Positions 25,001 to 35,229 of a stretch of 50,766 nt of DNA are shown here, piece after piece (position 1 is the first letter of the stretch; each line of letters starts with the position of its first letter). The stretch is from positions 1 to 50,766 of the forward strand of contig NW_013546589.1 in the NCBI RefSeq assembly GCF_000760515.2. The letters run 5' to 3'. The position numbers were made by a program, and so were the translations under genes. The DNA is from Mitosporidium daphniae. Taxonomy: Eukaryota. The notes beneath the pieces were generated by a model, which saw only the letters and a list, made by a program, of their open reading frames with translations, searched no databases and was not told where the DNA came from.

Positions 25001-28000
25001 GCGCCCGCAAGATGGGCCGCGAGCGAACGCCCCATGCGTCCAGCCGCAAATGATGGCAAAGACATCGATGTTGATGAACCATTGGGTATAGGTGCGGATG
25101 CTGGACCGGATATCGATGGATCCATCGTCAATGATGTGGCTGTGACAATACCGACAGTGGCCATGCGTAAGAGCACATCGCGCGTGATAACAGTACGCAC
25201 GGCGGCCTCCCAAGAAAGCAATAAGACGCCAAGAAGCCCAGGCGCACCTGGTGCCGCAACCTCAAGCTGCAATGCTGTAGCCTTGCGCTCACCACCGGCC
25301 GGCGTGTGCAAAATACTCAGGGCCTCGCCCAAGGCGCTTAGAAACGGTCGCCCAATGGTGCTACTCAGGTTTAGTGCTGCTGCTGCTGCAAGCACTGCCG
25401 CGTCCATCGATGCTCGTTTCACAGATGTATATGAAGAAGTAGATGGAGGTATCGATGACGATGACGATGATGATGATAAAGAGGAGGTGATCGATGCTGA
25501 AGAAGTGCCACTGGTCGTCGCAGTACATCCGGTCACCAGTTCAGCCGCAGGTGATGAGCCGCTGCCGCGCCAAATGTCCAGCGAACGTCGTGGCATCCCC
25601 AACAACTTGGCTGCCTCCACAGCCATTGGCAGCGCAGGTGCAACCGCGTTTTCTCGCAGCAAATTTAGCGTACGAAAGAGACCTTCAATCTCAAAGCGCA
25701 GATTAAGCCGCAACACACGCTCGCCTTCTGAATAAAGATCAACAAGAAGACCAAGAACCCGCATCAGCCACGGATTGCGCGGTAGCAGTACCTGTGGCGT
25801 GGGCGCACGGGCAAGGCCCTCTATTACTCTGCAGATAAAAGGCAATACCAATGGCAGACGGTCCATGTCATGAGCCTCCAGTATCAGCTCAACGACCGGA
25901 ATGTAGCTGTGTAGCAGTGGCCGTTGAAGCCCTAGCGTCACCAAACCAATCCATGCGCCCAAATTACGCAACAGCATCTCGTCACCTGCTACCGACATCC
26001 CGCTCAAGGCGACGATTAGCATACGTGCCTGACATACGGCCACCAACAGCGTCCAATGTAGCAAACAAATAGTTGCCTGTGCGCGCAATTGCTCTACTGA
26101 TAATACCAGCCGCAAATAGACAAGATGCTGGTTCGGCTCTCCGCCAATTCGCTTGAGCACAAGGTATCGTGCAAGCCAGGAGCCGACAAGTGATTCTTCT
26201 TTACCCTGCTCCTGCAGCAAAGCAGCAATTTCGCGCGCCTTTTCTGTCACATTGCTGCTAACGACATTGTTGACGAGAAACAGCAACCGTTCCGCGGGGA
26301 GTGGCACTTCTTCATCTTCGCTTTCACAGAGGAGCCATCGCCGTACTCCTGCTGGCAGACGTCCGAGCTCAGCATTCAAACTGCGAGAAGCCCGCTCCCC
26401 AAGTGAGATAAATGAAGAGACAAATGTAGCTTGGGGACCGAAGCCGGCAGCAGGGAGTCCCTCAAGAAAGGGCACCAATGCTGCATCTTCACTGCAATCA
26501 TCGACCAAAGTACCCTGACGCAATCGCTCATAAATGGTGGGAAAGGTCGCGAGTCCCGTCACGCCTCTGATTAGCATTCTGCAGAAGGAAGGCCATCGTG
26601 TAGCTGCATCTGGCACGCATTGGGCTAACGCTGTCATTCCAAAGCGCCACAACTTTGACTCTGGTGGCCAGCAAAGCAGTGCTTCAGCGATCATACGTAC
26701 ACCTATGAAAAGCGGTGGGCCATCTAGCAATCCCTGTGCATGCAACAACTGCCCAAAAATGACACCGGTCAATGCAAGCTCTTTCTCTGGATACTTGGAA
26801 AAAAAGCGGAACTCATCCAGGAGGTTATGCACCATGCATGAAAAGACCATGCCATCTCGAGGATCCCGAGAACCTCTCAATCGGATCATTGTTTCAAGTA
26901 CATCTTGCACGGAGGCCTCTTGCGCATATATGCGTTCATAACAAGCATTGGCTTCCGCTTCCACATCTGGCTGAAAGGCAGCCATCTCAAAGTAGGCCGT
27001 CACTTGTGATGAGCAGTGTGAGGGTGCTGGCGTAGTAGCCTGGGAATGTGCTGTGCCGCTTAAAGTGGCGATTGGGCCACCACCAGGCGCTGTCGCTAGT
27101 GCTAGCCCGTGAGATTGGGCACATGTGGTTTCTGATTGTTGAGGCATGCTACGGCCAACAGCTGGGGAAAACCTCTGAGTCAATTGCGTCCATCTTTCCG
27201 CGCATTCGGAGCTCATTAATGGTACAGAAGCTGCAAGCGTTTTAAGCATCAATGAAAGCGCCTCCGAGCTTGGCGGGATAGGTGAGCGGCGAGGAAGAGC
27301 TTCACCTAAAGTGATTGCTGGAGCCGCTCCACTCGTCAAGTGCTCATATACATATTCTACCAAGGCCCGCAAGAAGGGTTCTTTGCGGTCACGGACGACC
27401 TCCTGCAGCCATTTATCTAGATTCAAGTGTTCGCGACGTGAGGCCAACGCCGCCAAATCAATAGTGAAAGTGTGTGAACGCGCCTCTGAAAGCACGTGTG
27501 GAAGCGCTTTCAAATCCTGTGCAATGTCCAATAGGCGCGAAACGCACGATGGATCACGGCGGTGCATCTCGCCCATCACGCCGAGGATGACGGAAGGAGA
27601 TATCCGCCAAAGCCGCGGAAGAACAATAGAAGCCCCCGGCTGTCCTACAAGAAACCCCCCCGTGAGCTTCGCCAGCAAGTCCCCTACAGGAGTGGCCCAA
27701 GCTACACGCAGATGTGCGAGTCCTAGGCACAAAAGCTCTGGGGCTTGCTTTGCGGCAAGCTCCAGCATGGCCCTAGCGTCTTCATAACAGGGCGGCACGT
27801 CCAGAAGATGTACTGTTAATTCTAGCAGATCCACAGCATTCCAGGGTTGGTGAAAAAGGTGAAGCAGTGCATTTCTCGTTGATGCTGAAGTAGATGCAGA
27901 AGAAGCAGCAGCAGATGCAGAAGAAGGAGATGTGCTGGCAGCCCCAGATGTGGACAATTGAGACTGGGTACCGGACCCCACCATTTCAATGTCCTCGAGC

Positions 28001-28809
28001 GATAAAAGCCGCCTCCCAGCCGTTTTTATTAGTTCAGAAAAGACAGCCAGCTCTGGAGTGGCCATTAATGCATATCTGAGGAAAGAGAGTTGTCCGGGAG
28101 AATTTCCCCAAACCTTTTGGATGAAAAGGTAGCACGGAAACTCCAAAGGCGTTCCTGAGATTCTGGTGGCATAATAAAATGTGCGCACGATCAACTCTAC
28201 GCCCTTGACATCTTGAAGATAAAACTCTGGATAATCCAAGCATCCAATTATTGCCGTCCAGTTAAGATATGGGAATATCTCCAGAATAACATCCACAAAA
28301 TCAGTCCAATTCCAGCCCTCAATTAGCGAATTGGAAGATAAGGAGCTGGTGGAGGTGTGTGCTGTCGAGATTGGCGACCCGCCTGGCGCTGTAATCTGCA
28401 ACTTGCTGGCGCGTTGAGAAAGCGATAGCTGTGCTTGCGTAGCAGCCATCATTCCCAATACTTGGGCAATGTCGGCTTCTTTGATGGTGTTTCCATAATG
28501 TGAAGATATTATAGAGGGAAAGTATTCTTTAAGAATAGACTTTGGGCCGCTTTCTACAATAAATTGCACAAGCGGAATTTTGGAGCCCATGCTGGAAGTA
28601 GCTGGTGCAGATGAAAGTGAAGGAGGAGCATAAAGAGAGGACGAGATTGGAGAACTAGATCGCATCGGGGAGTGGCCTGATCTCATTCCAGGCGGGTGTG
28701 GTGACGGAGTAAAATATCTTGGTGGGCCAGGAGAAGATCCCGCCTTGGGTGGAACTGAGGGAGCGTTCGCCCCAACACCACCCGGCAATGTATGGGATGA
28801 TGTTGTCAT
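22042..28809 (-). CDS. NOT1: CCR4-NOT scaffold Not1 (divergent, intronless)
   Basis: IDLAALASRREHLNLDKWL, FSCMVHNLLDEFRFFSKYPEKEL, LLHDFPEFL, QLRNLVLSAFP, NQLRYPNPHT and RPHPWGLLITF. First ATG is at 28809. Confidence 0.96.
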   Translation of the reverse strand: MTTSSHTLPGGVGANAPSVPPKAGSSPGPPRYFTPSPHPPGMRSGHSPMRSSSPISSSLYAPPSLSSAPATSSMGSKIPLVQFIVESGPKSILKEYFPSIISSHYGNTIKEADIAQVLGMMAATQAQLSLSQRASKLQITAPGGSPISTAHTSTSSLSSNSLIEGWNWTDFVDVILEIFPYLNWTAIIGCLDYPEFYLQDVKGVELIVRTFYYATRISGTPLEFPCYLFIQKVWGNSPGQLSFLRYALMATPELAVFSELIKTAGRRLLSLEDIEMVGSGTQSQLSTSGAASTSPSSASAAASSASTSASTRNALLHLFHQPWNAVDLLELTVHLLDVPPCYEDARAMLELAAKQAPELLCLGLAHLRVAWATPVGDLLAKLTGGFLVGQPGASIVLPRLWRISPSVILGVMGEMHRRDPSCVSRLLDIAQDLKALPHVLSEARSHTFTIDLAALASRREHLNLDKWLQEVVRDRKEPFLRALVEYVYEHLTSGAAPAITLGEALPRRSPIPPSSEALSLMLKTLAASVPLMSSECAERWTQLTQRFSPAVGRSMPQQSETTCAQSHGLALATAPGGGPIATLSGTAHSQATTPAPSHCSSQVTAYFEMAAFQPDVEAEANACYERIYAQEASVQDVLETMIRLRGSRDPRDGMVFSCMVHNLLDEFRFFSKYPEKELALTGVIFGQLLHAQGLLDGPPLFIGVRMIAEALLCWPPESKLWRFGMTALAQCVPDAATRWPSFCRMLIRGVTGLATFPTIYERLRQGTLVDDCSEDAALVPFLEGLPAAGFGPQATFVSSFISLGERASRSLNAELGRLPAGVRRWLLCESEDEEVPLPAERLLFLVNNVVSSNVTEKAREIAALLQEQGKEESLVGSWLARYLVLKRIGGEPNQHLVYLRLVLSVEQLRAQATICLLHWTLLVAVCQARMLIVALSGMSVAGDEMLLRNLGAWIGLVTLGLQRPLLHSYIPVVELILEAHDMDRLPLVLPFICRVIEGLARAPTPQVLLPRNPWLMRVLGLLVDLYSEGERVLRLNLRFEIEGLFRTLNLLRENAVAPALPMAVEAAKLLGMPRRSLDIWRGSGSSPAAELVTGCTATTSGTSSASITSSLSSSSSSSSIPPSTSSYTSVKRASMDAAVLAAAAALNLSSTIGRPFLSALGEALSILHTPAGGERKATALQLEVAAPGAPGLLGVLLLSWEAAVRTVITRDVLLRMATVGIVTATSLTMDPSISGPASAPIPNGSSTSMSLPSFAAGRMGRSLAAHLAGATLREPIAAALVRFVESFAAVVEETSGIDVLMILSSSEQPLLAEIIERMAVVGAALAAHNSALTASSVSNIDNSAGGARGQAANAANLSAVLEAFGGWNGGVLPETGTLLAPFEHGDRVRIGAMLGMAHGAIPPTLQISDQEPRKPTSPDGIGSHTPSEIALGEFDGLVAQICELASERPARSESGPPSAGGAPVQEHASLRTLMKQVLVLALHAPQRDETCAAFAERLWALLLHSPNLEMGSTLASTRCSALVLLLDKLCELSSRVARQVSDWVLALATNVRHTESLPPIPVLIAILESGIGSLLAFDCALGAALTSLKATHIDSGLATESGPTSGSTLGTYSDSSSWALALIKASARARGTTPAPFSPWDWEATLQAATSGGMHPVDAEWRREAITQATDATAELRLVSLLEEWARLCDAVSSSDKTLCSFANQAVVRGYFRVPALFEFFWQRALGWAWCGTVERGRSPRTVALARLLLFVVRMWPHGEDKNMHLTGDGQFANGIGLHINESSTTDGVHANAATGSTFAPDSLLGMGRTELLARFWAALCRSIASGGSLARTLAELLGALLVEWHGAERQLGDATLSAAFFDLFAQGMHMCRPTLYPGLAFAWLDMLSHRVLLPRLILANGGISNVGCRVSSDAPLVLLLDALAFWSTLVGASLNSSGATICIGTCVTSGPSSDLLSSGLSSSEVSAAALRFNEGLLRLFVVLLHDFPEFLAQRHWRLVAAMPGAAWQLRNLVLSAFPRNLKLLDPFSPVLNIEALVTDSLQHHTTTLEPSLAQLAGLLTSPVPPSPRTLLDEALEHGRISANAATLLLQPPATIPRPVWINLVVFYIVAHGHDLDRCHGSIDGSRAAMLLTALLAATASMSTINEDEGRYLVVSAVANQLRYPNPHTLFCALLIRNWFSANNLVAARETIARVLLERLVVQRPHPWGLLITFVDLIRTPACRFWQQPFARGSPDIERLFESVARSCCSQELSP

Positions 28810-28886
28810 CAAGGTGAAAAATGCCAGTAGGGTTTGCAATTGATGTGATGCCTCCAAGTAAATGTAGACTAATTTAAAAAATTAAC

Positions 28887-28957
28887 TGCATCCTCCGGGA
28901 ATCGAACCCGGGTCTACCGCGTGGCAGGCGGCAATTATACCTCTAAACCAAGAATGC
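28887..28957 (-). tRNA. tRNA-Gly(GCC)
   Basis: GCATTCT/GGATGC acceptor stem, anticodon loop CTGCCAC, GGTTCGATTCC T-arm and a downstream T-run. Confidence 0.97.
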
Positions 28958-29031
28958 ATACAAGGCGATCTCTGCTTATATTTATATTAATACATACAGC
29001 CTATTTCGAGGCCTTTATTTAAATTGTTTTC

Positions 29032-30300
29032 ATGCCCTTGAATTCATTTGAATTCGATGCTCCAAAGTGGCATGACTTTTCAAGGCCCTCATTCATTCAA
29101 AAGCAAAAAATGTTGTTACAACTGCTAGATGCATCATGCTCCATAGTCTCGTCTGATTCGTATGCCTTTGAGGCCGATTTTGCAGAAATGTATTCGGAAA
29201 GTAGCTCGTGGTTTGAGGTACCACACCCTGAGCATGAGGAACTCGTATCTGGAATGGCTGATTGCAATTTAGACTCCAAAAATTTGGTCCGCATAAAATT
29301 GGGGCCACCATTGCGGAAGCTCCCTGTGGATCGTATCAGCAATGAGCTCTCTTTTACTGAAGATGTATCCTTTGGAAGTGAGTCGCCTGTATCGATGCAT
29401 AAGACGACGTCTCTCAATGAAATTATGTCTTCTCCAGCATTCACGCCCATAAGGCCAAAGAGGCTTCGAACAACGCAGGGGATTTCTATGTCATCTCCAA
29501 TTTCGTCAGGCTCCTCGTCAGCCTCGAAAACATTGTTTTATTCTCCGAAAAACATGCTTAATTGGATGTGCAATAGAGAGCATGAATATTCGTCTTCTTC
29601 GCGGTCACCAAGCACCTCGTCTTCCTTTCTATCAGACTCTTTCTTTTCAGCATCTCCGCAGCCTAAACTAAGCCCAAAGAGGACTCTTCGAGACGAATAT
29701 TACGATAATGAGGGCGATACCAGCGCTGAGCATATTTATACAAATGGTGAAACCCCCATCACTCTAAACGACGAAAACGAAATCGACATGGCCCCTGTTT
29801 CTAAGCTCCTGCAGGCTTTTCTGGACAAAAGGCACCAGCAGCACCAGCATACAACAACATTCCCATGTTCGGGTTCCGAAAAATTGCCTACAAGCCCATC
29901 GCCGTCGCCAAATTTCAAAACATTACAAACAAATCCATGCTCACCGCCAGATAAATTAGAGAACATTTTCACACATCCAGTTGAACAAGGCAAGGCAAAT
30001 AACAAGCAGGAAAATGCACCTATTCCTCATGTCGAGCCTGTCCCTCCAAAACAAACACTCTGTTTTGCGTCTATTCAGCAGCAACTTTTGAACAAAAAAA
30101 ATGAGGATCCTTGCCATTCAAACAGGCAAAAAATAAACCCTCGGTGGAACCACGTCGGAGTGGCCTCAATAGCCCAGCAAAAAGCACATCCAGAAAAGAC
30201 GCCAGACCAAATGGAAGAACTACTGTCAATATTAGCAGAGCATAACGCCAAAGTTCGCAACCCATGTGCTGCCATCAACATTCGGAATTTTTCTAGATAA
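29032..30300 (+). CDS. Disordered SP-rich protein with a TPX2-like N-terminal (Aurora-binding-type) motif
   Basis: FEFDAPKWHDFS...WFEVPHPEHE at the N-terminus and many S/T-P sites. Confidence 0.6.
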   Translation: MPLNSFEFDAPKWHDFSRPSFIQKQKMLLQLLDASCSIVSSDSYAFEADFAEMYSESSSWFEVPHPEHEELVSGMADCNLDSKNLVRIKLGPPLRKLPVDRISNELSFTEDVSFGSESPVSMHKTTSLNEIMSSPAFTPIRPKRLRTTQGISMSSPISSGSSSASKTLFYSPKNMLNWMCNREHEYSSSSRSPSTSSSFLSDSFFSASPQPKLSPKRTLRDEYYDNEGDTSAEHIYTNGETPITLNDENEIDMAPVSKLLQAFLDKRHQQHQHTTTFPCSGSEKLPTSPSPSPNFKTLQTNPCSPPDKLENIFTHPVEQGKANNKQENAPIPHVEPVPPKQTLCFASIQQQLLNKKNEDPCHSNRQKINPRWNHVGVASIAQQKAHPEKTPDQMEELLSILAEHNAKVRNPCAAINIRNFSR

Positions 30301-30328
30301 CCAAAAACTCCTTGGTGTGTTTCTTTAT

Positions 30329-30545
30329 AAAAAGAGTAGCTAATCCTGCGTTGCGATATGCTGTAGATGGAACCAAATCAAACGAACCGAAAGGAGAGGA
30401 AGGGAAAGCAAATAAAATAAAATTTGATAATCGGGGTTTGATCAAACAGCCGTAAACCCCTGCTGATGCGGCACTTGAACTAATATGATCCCACGGGCTA
30501 CATTTAAATGAACATATGGACGCAACGCATGGTGGTAAATTAGCA
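30329..30545 (-). ncRNA. Candidate structured ncRNA, identity unknown
   Basis: Nested long-range helices, G-U pairs favouring the minus strand, and a terminal T5 run. Confidence 0.45.
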
Positions 30546-30597
30546 AATAAAATGCTGCAAATATGAGGCTGTTTTTGGAATTAAATAATTTTTTAAC

Positions 30598-31452
30598 ATG
30601 ACAAGGCATTCCAAAAATAATACTTCAGCGTCCGTTTTTTCCTATTCAGAGCGATCGAAGCTTGCATATGGAACCATTGAGAGGCGACATACCCGAGACA
30701 CAGTAAAAAAATTTGATGCTTGCTATTTATGTTTCTTAACAGCAATTGACCCGGTTTGCTGCAGTGAAGGGCATCTTTCATGTAGGGAATGCATTATATC
30801 TACGCTCCTTTCACAAAAAAACTCGTCCAAAGAACTAGCGAACAAAAAGGCTGCTCTGGAAAAAAGAGCTGCCGAATTGGATGCGGAAGAGGCTCGCAAA
30901 GACGCTCTTCAGAAAGAGCAAATGTTTATCCGTGCAACCGAAGGGAAAATCAACCCCCAACGAACAGACTCTTCTGGCATGGCTAACGCTTTAGCCTTGT
31001 CAAGCTCGTGTTCTTTTTGGATCCCTGAAAAGGCCCCGAATTTTTCTCTACTTGAAGGCGGAAAAGCCCTGAAAGCACCCCCAAGCAAGACAAGTTGTTT
31101 TGGCGGATTCTCTCCCCATTCAATCACGTTAAGGTCGTTAATAACCTTGAATTTTACCGCAAAAATATCCTCCTCCTCCTCCTCCTCCTCCTCCTCCTCG
31201 TCAAGTGATGAGGAAAAGATTTGTCCCATATGTCTTCGGTCTTTGAACAACAATTTTCAACTATTGGTCTTCAAGAGCTGTGGCCATGTCCTATGCAACG
31301 AGTGCGTTCACTTGTCTACTCCGGAACAGAAAAAATGCATCGCTTGTGGGGAAGATTCGTCGCAACTGATCCGCCTTTCGAAAGATGGAACCGGCTTTGC
31401 CTCCGGAGGCGGCCAGGTCCTAATCCGCAAATACGATCTGCCATTCCAATAG
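30598..31452 (+). CDS. NOSIP: NOSIP (nitric oxide synthase-interacting protein) RING/U-box-like E3
   Basis: MTRHSKNNT...YGT...FDACYLC...DPV...GHL.CRECI, C-terminal RING and GTGFASGG. Confidence 0.93.
   Translation: MTRHSKNNTSASVFSYSERSKLAYGTIERRHTRDTVKKFDACYLCFLTAIDPVCCSEGHLSCRECIISTLLSQKNSSKELANKKAALEKRAAELDAEEARKDALQKEQMFIRATEGKINPQRTDSSGMANALALSSSCSFWIPEKAPNFSLLEGGKALKAPPSKTSCFGGFSPHSITLRSLITLNFTAKISSSSSSSSSSSSSDEEKICPICLRSLNNNFQLLVFKSCGHVLCNECVHLSTPEQKKCIACGEDSSQLIRLSKDGTGFASGGGQVLIRKYDLPFQ
31168..31197 (+). repeat. (TCC)10 microsatellite encoding poly-Ser in NOSIP
   Basis: Directly visible. Confidence 0.95.
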
Positions 31453-31563
31453 CATCTGGCGCCGTCAGATACTTCACTTAGAGCTGGCTCATCGGACCAG
31501 CGTTTCAGTATTGCTTGATTAAAATTTAATTATCACTGTACAGGCTGCCGCCCAATCGCGGTT

Positions 31564-32417
31564 TCATTGGTCCGACTTTTTCAATAACCTCAACTTGCAA
31601 ACGAGCGAAGAGTCAAATAAAGCAAGCTCGTGGGGAAGCTCACCAGTGGGAACCAACGTGGCAAGTTCCTTTTTTAGTAGCGTGTACATTGCACCGGAGG
31701 TTTCAAAAAATTCTACATCAGAGGTCTCCACAACCTGAGTGATGCTTTTATTTATCGACTCCAAGGTGGATTCAACTATGCTTTGCCTACCAATAAATTG
31801 TCATCAAAATACCGTGGATCGTCCAAAGTCGTGGGAGAAAGCAAATTTTGCGACAGATCAGAGCCGGAATCCTCAATGTCAAATAAAGTGCTGCGGTTTT
31901 GAATATAGCCAAAGGCATCGTTTTTGAACAAATAGCGCAGAACCAAAAGCGGCTCAATCAATCCTTCTGTCGAAAAGACTTGGTATGATTCCTTGAGTTC
32001 GTTGTACATCACGGTGTTGATTATTGGAATGGGAATGTGGGTCTGAGATATAGATCCCTTCAGGGGCTCTGATTCTCTCAGCAAGTACAGGGCATAAACA
32101 ACACCGGCACGTCCGCACGATGTAGGAGACACCAGAAAATACGAGAGGATCACGCTATAAATGTATTCCAGAAATAGATCCTTTGAATCTCTTTGAGTGC
32201 ATATGTAATGAATTAACGAAAAGCCTCGCTCGTACCAAAGATCCCGAAACGTCTCCAATGATGTGGTATTTAAAGAAATGTATAGCAGAAACAAAGACCG
32301 AATATCCTGCTTGATCAGCTTCTTGTCAATTACAATCCCACCGAACGAAAAAAAAGACGGGCACGCAGAGGTACAACCGATCTCAAAATGCGACGTGCTG
32401 GGCGAGGAAATGGACAT
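31564..32417 (-). CDS. SNAPC1: SNAPc subunit SNAP43/SNAPC1-like, 1 intron
   Basis: DIRSL...FRDLWYERGFSLIH...RAGVVYALYLL pattern; a 26-nt intron GTATTT...GGTAG joins the two ORFs. Confidence 0.72.
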
Positions 32418-32603
32418 CAAAAACACGTGTAAAGTTGCTTTCAATTTGGGCCGATTAAATATCCGTTTATTGAGTTCAGTTGAATTGGGAACTCATATTG
32501 TGCACCAATCACGCTAGCCGCGCACTTTGGATGATCGATTAAACCTACTTTTGGGGACGCATTACTAATTTTACGATTGTTAATCATTTGAGTGTTTAAA
32601 TCG

Positions 32604-33539
32604 ATGCAAATTTACGGCCTGGATATTGGAGGAACCCTGATCAAGTTGGCCTTGTTTGGTAACGAAAATGCTGGGCCTTTGTGCGAAAATTTGACATTAA
32701 AAAAATTTCACACATCTTGTCTTGACGCTTCGCTTGAATTTATCATCGACGATGCCAGGAGAAAGAATTTCAGCGAAATTGTTATAAAAGCCACGGGCGG
32801 TGGATCATTCAAGCACGAAGGCTACATTAAAGATCTTTTCAAGCGCAATAACATTTGGTTGCACTTTATCTTGGTTAAGGAGATGGAATCCCTGCACAAA
32901 GGAGTCCTCTATTTAGCCAAAGTGGATCAACTTCCCCAACAAACGATCCTATATGCTAACATTGGCACCGGTGTTTCCATCCTCCACATTGATGGCGCTG
33001 AATTTTCTCGTGTAGGTGGATCCGGGATCGGAGGTGGCACCTTTTATGGTTTGTATCATGTCATGTGCAAGCTGGCCAGCATATTGCCTCTTGATTTTGA
33101 TGAGGCCATCAATAAGGCTACGTTTGCGAATTGCCTTCATTCAAAGTTACACTTGACCGTTGGCGACATCTATGGAGCCGATCCTTTGATCAAGGATTTG
33201 GATCCTACTCTGATTGCAGGCTACTTTTCTGCATGCCCCCTGCTGAAAGATGCCCCCGACATCAATGCTCTGGCTGGTGGGCTGTTAATGCTAGTGTCTT
33301 ATGCCATAATTTCGTGCGTCATTGAGCTGGCGAAAGAAACCAATCCCCAATTAATAGTGATAGGCGGCTCGTTCGTTGGAACAAACGGTTCGTTATTTTT
33401 ACTTAGTTATGTAGAGACGATCAAAAATTTTATGCTGCAAGTTTTGGATTACAAGCGAATGCAGACCAAGGTGCATTTTTTTGATTTGGGCTCACACGTC
33501 GGCTGCCTTGGTGCAATGGCTTTGGATAATAAATTTTAA
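32604..33539 (+). CDS. Type II (fumble) pantothenate kinase
   Basis: GLDIGGTLIKL, ATGGGSFK, EMESL, NIGTGVSIL, RVGGSGIGGGT and VGDIYG. Confidence 0.93.
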   Translation: MQIYGLDIGGTLIKLALFGNENAGPLCENLTLKKFHTSCLDASLEFIIDDARRKNFSEIVIKATGGGSFKHEGYIKDLFKRNNIWLHFILVKEMESLHKGVLYLAKVDQLPQQTILYANIGTGVSILHIDGAEFSRVGGSGIGGGTFYGLYHVMCKLASILPLDFDEAINKATFANCLHSKLHLTVGDIYGADPLIKDLDPTLIAGYFSACPLLKDAPDINALAGGLLMLVSYAIISCVIELAKETNPQLIVIGGSFVGTNGSLFLLSYVETIKNFMLQVLDYKRMQTKVHFFDLGSHVGCLGAMALDNKF

Positions 33540-33541
33540 AA

Positions 33542-33613
33542 TCAGATACAGACATTCAGCATGCAACGACACTTGTACGGTGCCACTTAGCCCGCCCGTC
33601 TGGGTATCATCAT
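33542..33613 (-). ncRNA. Box C/D snoRNA, snR70/SNORD43-like
   Basis: Box C ATGATGA (33613-33607), guide GACGGGCGG followed by G and D' CTAA, and box D CTGA (33559-33556 or 33545-33542). The guide is antisense to SSU rRNA CCGCCCGUC. Confidence 0.82.
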
Positions 33614-33706
33614 GGTAAAAAATACAAAAATGGGCCGTTGAATGCGTTTTTATAGCAATGTGTAAAGAGCGAATCCGCTTAAATTTTACATTTCAAACAC
33701 TTGTTT

Positions 33707-33962
33707 ATGGGAGCCAAGGCCAGATCCAAGTACACCTGGCCCATCTCCAATCTTTAGACGCACACTTGCTAAATTGTACAGCATGGCAGGGACAGGATAC
33801 ATGTATTATATTAAAAGACTCCGGTCTTCTCCTAAGCTTGCCGCCATAAAGTTCGATCCAATTGGTACTGCGTGGCGCTTATTTTTAGTAAATGCCAGAG
33901 TATTGTTTACGGAAAGCAAGCCGCCACCGCCACCAATGCCAGGCTCGGGGAAAAGTCATTAA
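33707..33962 (+). CDS. Mitochondrial ribosomal protein bL33m, 2 introns
   Basis: Spliced MGAKARSKRTLAKLYSMAGTGYMY...KFDPIVNARVLFTESK. Confidence 0.9.
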
Positions 33963-33990
33963 TAAATAAACATTTTATAAAAACGTAAAA

Positions 33991-35165
<1,175 letters not shown>

Positions 35166-35229
35166 TGAATACAAAATAAAAATAAAACCAAAAAATTCAA
35201 TTTAAATTAATTTATGATTTATTTTGCAA

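Noticed and set aside
21974..28079. Many plus-strand ORFs up to 316 aa
   Set aside because: Antisense shadows of the GC-rich NOT1 coding sequence.
30335..30352. TPP riboswitch fragment (TAATCCTGCG)
   Set aside because: No upstream CTGAGA or GAACCTGAT elements.
32604..33539. Bacterial horizontal origin of the short intronless PanK
   Set aside because: Type II motifs are also standard in eukaryotes; nothing in the sequence discriminates without a phylogeny.
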